Source: a virus
Taxonomy: Duplodnaviria > Heunggongvirae > Uroviricota > Caudoviricetes
IMG/VR virus record: IMGVR_UViG_3300021399_004731
DNA length: 64,000 bases
Reading direction: 5' to 3' (one strand)
Both the position numbers and the translations under genes were made by a program. Each line of letters opens with the position of its first letter. The first letter of the stretch is position 1. Shown piece by piece: positions 58,011 to 64,000 of this stretch. Under the pieces are notes generated by a model that had not been told where the DNA came from, did not search any database, and was given only the letters and a program-made list of their open reading frames with translations.

Positions 58011-58748
58011 ATGATAAATTACAGTAAAGGCGGATTATGCTATAGCTATGGAGAATATGATGACAATACTAGCACTAACAGGCATCTGGATGGTAATATA
58101 GTGTCAGCAAATAACAGAAAGGGTGATGACATGTCATTCGTAGGAATCGTGCTGACACATGATGGAATAGTGGCCTTTGGAGATTCACAGAGCACAAGGG
58201 TCTTCTCTGACGGTACAAGAGAAGTTGAAAGAGGAAGAACAGCCACAAAAGTATTTGAATATGGAGATTGTCTGCTCGTGACTCATGGATTGAATGAAAT
58301 TAACATTGCAGGGCAAGACTGTACAAGAATGGAGGACTATATCAGAAAATGCAGGAATGTTGATATGTCATTTTCTGAATTTCTTAACAGTATCAGGCTC
58401 TCATGCTCCGTGCAGAATGATGACGCAAAATATGAATTCATCATCGCAGGAAAAGAGAAAGGACGTTACTATCTTGAATCAATTGCTGTCAGCAGGCTCA
58501 AGATAGAATTTAATGAAAGACTGTATTCCAATAAAGGTAATCTTCCATGTTCATGCTGCAGAATAGAACACTATACAGATGATTTCGATATATTCATGGA
58601 CAGTATCAGGAGAGAACAGCCAAATATTAAAGCAGAAAGGCTTGCAGAGGAAATAGAAAGGCTTATTGAAATTGAAAGCGAGAGGCTGAGCATCATGCGT
58701 TGCTTCAATACTGTTGGGAAACCTATTGACATTAAAATACTGCATTAA
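58011..58748 (+). CDS. Proteasome/HslV-like Ntn-hydrolase-fold protein, paralog 2
   Basis: Start at MINYSKGG (RBS CAGGAGGAC) inside track ORF 57972..58748. Core DDMSFVGIVLTHDGIVAFGDSQSTR...TATKVFEY...YEFIIAGKEKGRYYL. Confidence 0.5.
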   Translation: MINYSKGGLCYSYGEYDDNTSTNRHLDGNIVSANNRKGDDMSFVGIVLTHDGIVAFGDSQSTRVFSDGTREVERGRTATKVFEYGDCLLVTHGLNEINIAGQDCTRMEDYIRKCRNVDMSFSEFLNSIRLSCSVQNDDAKYEFIIAGKEKGRYYLESIAVSRLKIEFNERLYSNKGNLPCSCCRIEHYTDDFDIFMDSIRREQPNIKAERLAEEIERLIEIESERLSIMRCFNTVGKPIDIKILH

Positions 58749-58793
58749 AAAAAGAGGACTGACATTCAGCCCTCTTTTCCTGTTTCTGTTGAA

Positions 58794-59609
58794 TTATTCG
58801 CTGTCTTCTTTTTTATCATCTGCATCATTTTTTGCATTGATTTCATGACTGTAGTTGCCAGTCTCATATTCATAGTCTGACCTGAAGTCATCACTTATGA
58901 ACTTTCTGGCATGCTTGCCTGCAAGAGGATTGCCTGTGTGGTCTTTCTCTTCGACAACAGCCGTCTCCGTGAAGTTTGCATAGCCCATGATGGCAATGCA
59001 TGCTGGATAGAGCAGATTCAGGACTGGGATAAGTCCTGGCCAGTACTTGCTGGCAAAGGCATTCTTCGTAAAGCTGACATCCTTGTCTGTACCGATAGCC
59101 ATGACATCAATGACATGAAGGACGGATTTTCCCATGCTCCTGACAAAGACATAGAGCATCAGGCCAAGCAGGATGTAAAGGAACGTGTTGTTATCTCCCT
59201 GCGTCTTGGCTGCCTGTATATAATTATAGACATCATAGGATGCAGCCATCATGATATCAGCAATGATGCCATAGAGCAGATAGCCTCCGATGCATCCAGT
59301 CCTGAAGAACTGCTTGACATAATAGAGCAGTCCTGATGCCTCCACCTTTCCTTTCCTGCATAAGAGATAGATGATAGCTGTGTCTGCCAGTATCATCATC
59401 AGCATGACAAGACATGATATGATGATGCCAGCATAAGGAATCAGCAGTGACAGCATGGACAGGGCAATGCCTGCCAGCGTGACAATTGCCGTAAGCAATG
59501 CCACTGGCTTTTTAATAAGAAACCTGCCTGCATCAATATAGCTTGGCTTATAGTAGCTATGCATTCGTCTTCGCCTCCTGTGATGCTGATGTGCCTGAAT
59601 TATCAGCAT
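58794..59609 (-). CDS. Polytopic membrane protein
   Basis: ORF track. About six TM helices. Lies between the Ntn paralogs. Confidence 0.45.
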   Translation of the reverse strand: MLIIQAHQHHRRRRRMHSYYKPSYIDAGRFLIKKPVALLTAIVTLAGIALSMLSLLIPYAGIIISCLVMLMMILADTAIIYLLCRKGKVEASGLLYYVKQFFRTGCIGGYLLYGIIADIMMAASYDVYNYIQAAKTQGDNNTFLYILLGLMLYVFVRSMGKSVLHVIDVMAIGTDKDVSFTKNAFASKYWPGLIPVLNLLYPACIAIMGYANFTETAVVEEKDHTGNPLAGKHARKFISDDFRSDYEYETGNYSHEINAKNDADDKKEDSE

Positions 59610-60114
59610 GATTGTTGCTGGATGTATTGTTTCCAGAATTATCTACTGTATTGCTGAAATGCAGCGACTCGTTGGAAGTGTCAATATCGTCATTGACCTG
59701 AGCAAAACGCTCTGCACTCTGAGCTGATGCAGCTGCCAGCTGCTTGTTGGCTGTATCAGAGAATGCCTGAGCTCCAGCCTCATTGACAGCCTTGGCTGCC
59801 GCTACGCCTGCTTCATTCTTAGCAGCCTCTGCTCCGATGGCTGCGGCATTGGCAGCGTTGGAACTCTGAGGCAGTGCCCTCTCCTTTGAATTCGTCTTAT
59901 AGCGTGTCCTTGAAGTCACATAGGCAGGACCTTTGTCTTCCTTTTTCTCATCCTTCTTATAATTAGGAAATCCAGGCAACCTTGAAATCGAATCAGACAG
60001 CTGAGACAGCCCTGATGACAGAGGCGTAAACCTGAACAGACAGAAAATGCCAGCTCCTGCCACCACAATGCATGAGGCATACAGAGCAACAGCCTTTCCG
60101 TTAAGATGTGCCAT
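59557..60114 (-). CDS. Membrane-anchored Ala/Asn/Ser-rich low-complexity protein
   Basis: N-terminal TM VALYASCIVVAGAGIFCLF. Ala-rich coiled region then N/S-rich tail. Confidence 0.4.
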   Translation of the reverse strand: MAHLNGKAVALYASCIVVAGAGIFCLFRFTPLSSGLSQLSDSISRLPGFPNYKKDEKKEDKGPAYVTSRTRYKTNSKERALPQSSNAANAAAIGAEAAKNEAGVAAAKAVNEAGAQAFSDTANKQLAAASAQSAERFAQVNDDIDTSNESLHFSNTVDNSGNNTSSNNHADNSGTSASQEAKTNA

Positions 60115-60273
60115 AATGAATCACCTCCTGATTGTGTTGATACAGATTATGCACATGGATATTTAATCATATTGCAGACAAGTGCACAAAAAAAGAGGAC
60201 AGCCGTCTTGGCCATCCTCCTTTTGCGTTAGGCAAAATGATTCAGTTGAATCTAGATTTAATCCAGTACTAAA

Positions 60274-60525
60274 TTATGCTCCAGGAGTAACTTGAGAAGT
60301 TGTTTTACCTGAAGTTTCAGCAGATTCCTTAGCTTTATCTGCTGCATCTGCTGCAGCTTTATTAGAATCTGCTACTTTCTGAGAAACGTTTTGCCACATT
60401 GCATTGTTGTTGTTCTGTGTTTCAGCTGTATTTCTCTGGTTAAGAGCTAAAGCTAAAACTAAGATTAATGCAGCTACGATTACGACTACGGCAACGCCTA
60501 ATGCCTGTTTAATACTAAAATCCAT
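60274..60525 (-). CDS. Small membrane-anchored protein (83 aa)
   Basis: TM VAVVVIVAALILVLALAL then an Ala/Lys-rich tail. Confidence 0.4.
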   Translation of the reverse strand: MDFSIKQALGVAVVVIVAALILVLALALNQRNTAETQNNNNAMWQNVSQKVADSNKAAADAADKAKESAETSGKTTSQVTPGA

Positions 60526-60639
60526 ATAAGATAATTACCTCCAAAATGTTTGATTTCGTTGTTTGAATTGTCTGCCATTTTTTTCTTTCTTATGACAGCA
60601 TATTTGACATTCCACACGACTAAAGTTGTGGGGATTCTT

Positions 60640-60820
60640 TATTCAACGCCTGGCATCTAGACCCTTCAACGGCAGGCACGGCAACACCGCACTCTGCCTC
60701 CAGACCCCCGATGGAGCAGGCTCCCAAAGCTTTGATTATCCTGTTCGAGCGTGCCCCGCTCTACAGCTGTATTCAGCCTTATATCCGCACGGCTAAAGCT
60801 GTGGATTTTACGACTGCTAT
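60640..60820. ncRNA. GC-rich, hairpin-dense intergenic island. Candidate structured RNA or leader, unclassified.
   Basis: Local GC far above the window average. Stems GGCAG...CTGCC, GGAGCaggCTCC, GAGCGtgcccCGCTC, CAGCTG...AGCTG. Sits upstream of the RBS of Ntn paralog 3. Confidence 0.3.
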
Positions 60821-60961
60821 TATAAATAATCATATAGATTTTAAAAAGTCAACCAGTGACGTTTTTCTAAAAATTTGGAACTCTGGATATCTTTTTCAAC
60901 GTCAGTCAAGCTTCTTATATGATTTATTATTAACAATAATCATCAATCAGGAGGACAGCAC

Positions 60962-61702
60962 ATGCATGACAATCTATTAAAATCAGACTACAATAGAGAC
61001 AGTCACATAAGCTTTGGCATTAGCACCAGCCGTGACAATTATTCAGAGAAAAAGGATTTAGAAAAGAAAGAAGGTCTTGACAGCATGTCACTTGTAGGAA
61101 TATTTCTGTTTCCAGATGCAGTCATGGCATTTGGAGACAGTCGAGGCACGCTCAAGGATGAACTAGGCAACATGAGAGAGGAAAAAGACAGAACAGTACA
61201 GAAGGTATTCAGATGCAACGACATCATCATCACCACATTTGGATGCAATACAATCATGATGGATGGCAAACGAACATTTATGGAGGATTATATCAATGGT
61301 TGCATCAAGAAAGACATAGCCGTATTCGATATCATGGAAGACCTGCAGAAAAGATTAGCTATCAATGATGAAGGCATCGTCTATGAATTCATTATTGCAG
61401 GCATTGAGGATGGCAGAACATACTATAGATATATTGTCGTCTCAAAAAATGACGTCAGCTACAAGGCCAGGCAGTATTACGGCAGGCCGTGGGAATATGT
61501 CATCAGCGGTCCAGATGCCTATCGTCTATGGTTTAATGGCATAATAAAGGAATGTGGAGGCAATTCTTTCATCAGCTACAGTCCTGAAGATGTCAAAGGT
61601 GTCATAGAAGAAAAAGCAACGGAGAAGATAATGGAGTTTGAGAACAGATGTCACTACAGCCCTGTCGGTCTTCCATTGCAGTTTGAAATCATTAAGTTTT
61701 AG
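60962..61702 (+). CDS. Proteasome/HslV-like Ntn-hydrolase-fold protein, paralog 3
   Basis: RBS CAGGAGGACAGCAC-ATG. Core DSMSLVGIFLFPDAVMAFGDSRGT...TVQKVFRC...YEFIIAGIEDGRTYY. Confidence 0.5.
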   Translation: MHDNLLKSDYNRDSHISFGISTSRDNYSEKKDLEKKEGLDSMSLVGIFLFPDAVMAFGDSRGTLKDELGNMREEKDRTVQKVFRCNDIIITTFGCNTIMMDGKRTFMEDYINGCIKKDIAVFDIMEDLQKRLAINDEGIVYEFIIAGIEDGRTYYRYIVVSKNDVSYKARQYYGRPWEYVISGPDAYRLWFNGIIKECGGNSFISYSPEDVKGVIEEKATEKIMEFENRCHYSPVGLPLQFEIIKF

Positions 61703-61734
61703 ACTGTCTAGACATATTGTATACAATCTACACC

Positions 61735-61770
61735 GTTTCATAGAGCACTCATTTTAGTGCTCTTTTCTTA
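61735..61770 (+). terminator. Rho-independent terminator
   Basis: AGAGCACTcatttAGTGCTCT followed by TTTCTT. Confidence 0.5.
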
Positions 61771-61819
61771 TGCAAAAAAAAGACAGACACATATGATATG
61801 CATCTGCCTTGAAATTTGT

Positions 61820-62185
61820 CTAGTTCAGTATGACAGTACGTCTTTCTGTCACAGTTTCCTTCTTGCCATTGGCATGCTTGAAGGTTTCTGTCACTCTGAC
61901 GTCTGCCATTCCGTTCTTGCTGTCTACGGAAATGACATCCACCTTGATGTCAGAATTGCTTCGCTTGTTGAGGAGCACCTGACGAATCGCCTCTTCTGCC
62001 ATTTCCTTATCCGTTGTTACTTTCTTTGATTTATTCTTGACTGCCTTGACTGATTCATAGGATGACTTTTCTGCAAGCTGTGCTGTCTCATGCCTGTTTG
62101 AAGTTGCTGTAAAGACATCAAACATGACAGCCAGAATAATAAAGAGCATTGTCACGAATGCCGCAGCCTTGACCATTGTCTTCAT
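61820..62185 (-). CDS. Membrane-anchored small protein
   Basis: N-terminal TM AAAFVTMLFIILAVMFDVF. Confidence 0.4.
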   Translation of the reverse strand: MKTMVKAAAFVTMLFIILAVMFDVFTATSNRHETAQLAEKSSYESVKAVKNKSKKVTTDKEMAEEAIRQVLLNKRSNSDIKVDVISVDSKNGMADVRVTETFKHANGKKETVTERRTVILN

Positions 62186-62220
62186 GTGCTAATTCCTCCG
62201 TTTTTTGTATTATGACAGCT

Positions 62221-62517
62221 CTAGGCCTCTTCCTCTTCCGTCACGGCACGTCTGATTCTGCCAGCTAGTGCCTTGATTTTGAATGTGGAAGGATAAATGC
62301 GTCCACTGTCCATGATGACCAGCGTCTTGATGAGACGGCTGTCCGTGATAAGCTTGACATACCTACCGTCATTAAGAGCCTCTGTATAAAGCATATAGGC
62401 TGCATCATTGTCAAAGGAAACGAGGCTTTCAACCTTCTCAGCCGCAATGCGTGTCTTGTCATTTCCGACAATCGTAATCTGTGTGTTCTGAAGACCGCTG
62501 TAATCTATTCTTTTCAT
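62221..62517 (-). CDS. Hypothetical protein
   Basis: ORF track. Confidence 0.3.
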   Translation of the reverse strand: MKRIDYSGLQNTQITIVGNDKTRIAAEKVESLVSFDNDAAYMLYTEALNDGRYVKLITDSRLIKTLVIMDSGRIYPSTFKIKALAGRIRRAVTEEEEA

Positions 62518-62544
62518 AACTTTACCTCTAATATGATTGATGAC

Positions 62545-62865
62545 CTAAGCTGGCATCAGGGTCTTCAGAAGGAAGATGATGAAGAGAATGCCTACGGCGA
62601 GCAGGAAGTAGATGACAGGCGAGTTGCTCCTGTCCTTCTTGTACTTCCTCTTGTAGCCTACATGCCTGTTGACGATAATGCTGTCATCATCATCGGCCTG
62701 TGCCTCTTCAGCCTGCTTCAGTCTGTCCCTGATTGTGAGGTGCTCGGATGTGGCGGATGATTCATCCGTCACTTCCTCGTCCAGCTGGTCAGTTGTCTTG
62801 TTTTCGTCCATGATAATCACCTCGCTATTTGGATTTGTATGGATGGCATCTTGCCGTTGAATCAA
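62545..62865 (-). CDS. Acidic protein with C-terminal TM anchor
   Basis: ORF track. C-terminal helix VIYFLLAVGILFIIFLL. Confidence 0.35.
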   Translation of the reverse strand: MIQRQDAIHTNPNSEVIIMDENKTTDQLDEEVTDESSATSEHLTIRDRLKQAEEAQADDDDSIIVNRHVGYKRKYKKDRSNSPVIYFLLAVGILFIIFLLKTLMPA

Positions 62866-63382
62866 TTGTGATTCTGTAGCTGTTGAAGATACGTCTGATG
62901 ACAGGTACGCTGGAGTTGCTGTTTCTGACCGTCATCTGCAGATGAGCATATCCGCCCATGTAGGATGTCCTGTCCGTCATGCCTGTAATCTTGTCATCCT
63001 TGTATGCATCATAAATCTGCTGGCGAATCTGTGCTGGCAGCCTGGTGCTGTCAGTGCCGACTTTTGGATTGACAATATTCATTTCCAGTACTCTCTTGAC
63101 GGCAGCCTTGCCAGCCTTAGGCTCGATAGTGCAGGCTGGGATGTTGCCGACTGAATCCTTGACCGTCTTGCCTTCATCAGCTCCAGCCAGCACAGCAAAG
63201 TCAAATATGGATTTCGTCTCGACATAGATGTAGCGTGCCTGCATGCGGGTCTCAAAGAAGACAAGCAGCAGGAGGATGACAGGCAGGAGGATGGTCATTG
63301 CCGTTGAGATGTTGCCATCCTCTTCCTTTAGGATACTCTTACAGTCATTAGCGATGCATGATAGAAATTTCATATGCATCAC
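62825..63382 (-). CDS. TadE/TadG-like pilus assembly protein
   Basis: N-terminal EEDGNISTAMTILLPVILLLLVFFE matches the TadE domain signature (E-x-G-x-x-x-hydrophobic...LLL...E). Confidence 0.5.
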   Translation of the reverse strand: MMHMKFLSCIANDCKSILKEEDGNISTAMTILLPVILLLLVFFETRMQARYIYVETKSIFDFAVLAGADEGKTVKDSVGNIPACTIEPKAGKAAVKRVLEMNIVNPKVGTDSTRLPAQIRQQIYDAYKDDKITGMTDRTSYMGGYAHLQMTVRNSNSSVPVIRRIFNSYRITIDSTARCHPYKSK

Positions 63383-63385
63383 CTC

Positions 63386-63976
63386 CTAGATATCCTTAGA
63401 GTCATCAATCCACTCTACTCTAGCCTTGATGGTGTAAGTGTGGTCATGATAGATTGTTCTGCTTCTTCTTGCACTGGCAAATGCTGTCCTGAATCTTTTG
63501 AAGCTTGGAAGCAGTGAAGCCTTATGCGCCCTGACATAGAGCTGTACATGTGTCTTCTTTCTTGAATCCCATGCGTTCCTTTCGTTGGATACAGGTCTGC
63601 CGTTGTTGTCAACGACCGTCAGCTTGAAGAACTGCGAACTCTTGCCACTCCATGCTGTACAGCCTACATCGTTGCCTGAGCAGATGCCCATCTTGCCAGC
63701 GTCCCTTGAAAATCTGTCTTCAAGATACTGTCTTGCCACTGCCCTTGCCTCACTAGGACTTTCCTGAATGATGGCGGCCCTTAGTGCTTCGTTAGCCGCA
63801 ATAACAACCGTTGACTGTCCTTCATACCAGAGGAACCTGTCAACAATGAAAGCAACAAGCAACAGCACGATTGGAAGCAGAATAGCCATTTCTGTTGACT
63901 CGGCACCGCTTTCGTCGGCAATGAATGCACGAGCATGGCAGCTGAGTCCTGTTAAGCCTTTTTTAATTGTATTCAC
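63386..63976 (-). CDS. TadE/TadG-like pilus assembly protein
   Basis: N-terminal DESGAESTEMAILLPIVLLLVAFIVD with the same TadE-like signature. Gene ends 24 bp before the window edge. More Tad genes may lie beyond. Confidence 0.5.
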   Translation of the reverse strand: MNTIKKGLTGLSCHARAFIADESGAESTEMAILLPIVLLLVAFIVDRFLWYEGQSTVVIAANEALRAAIIQESPSEARAVARQYLEDRFSRDAGKMGICSGNDVGCTAWSGKSSQFFKLTVVDNNGRPVSNERNAWDSRKKTHVQLYVRAHKASLLPSFKRFRTAFASARRSRTIYHDHTYTIKARVEWIDDSKDI

Positions 63977-64000
63977 AATATTATCCTCCTTTAATAATGT

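Noticed and set aside
60711-60980. 89-aa plus-strand ORF in the GC-rich island
   Set aside because: No RBS, and overlaps the start of paralog 3. More consistent with non-coding structured sequence.

Overview
AT-rich, Firmicutes-like chromosomal window, mostly transcribed on the minus strand. It mixes core genes (SecA, RecD2-like helicase, RecJ, anaerobic ribonucleotide reductase NrdD/NrdG, flotillin) with accessory and surface functions. Identifiable elements, left to right: a partial large surface protein with Listeria-Bacteroides-type repeats; a cluster of small membrane proteins and lipoproteins; a prepilin peptidase; a complete type I R-M operon (hsdM-hsdS-[lipoprotein]-hsdR) with a frameshifted T5orf172 gene downstream; an 11-gene tRNA array (minus strand) of mostly minor isoacceptors, one member aberrant; thioredoxin-like and zinc-ribbon proteins; NlpC/P60 and 3D-domain cell-wall hydrolases; a Tad/Flp-type pilus locus (CpaF/TadA ATPase, TadB, TadC, two tiny unannotated Flp pilin ORFs, TadE-like pseudopilins); topoisomerase III; a compact UvrD-like helicase with a small acidic partner; a BspA-type LRR protein; nrdD split by a group I intron carrying an HNH homing endonuclease; and three paralogous proteasome/HslV-like (Ntn-hydrolase fold) proteins interleaved with membrane proteins. 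Further TadE-like genes sit at the right edge. Several recurrent intergenic sequence motifs are present. No CRISPR array was seen. All functional calls rest on motif-level reading of the translations and have not been checked against databases.
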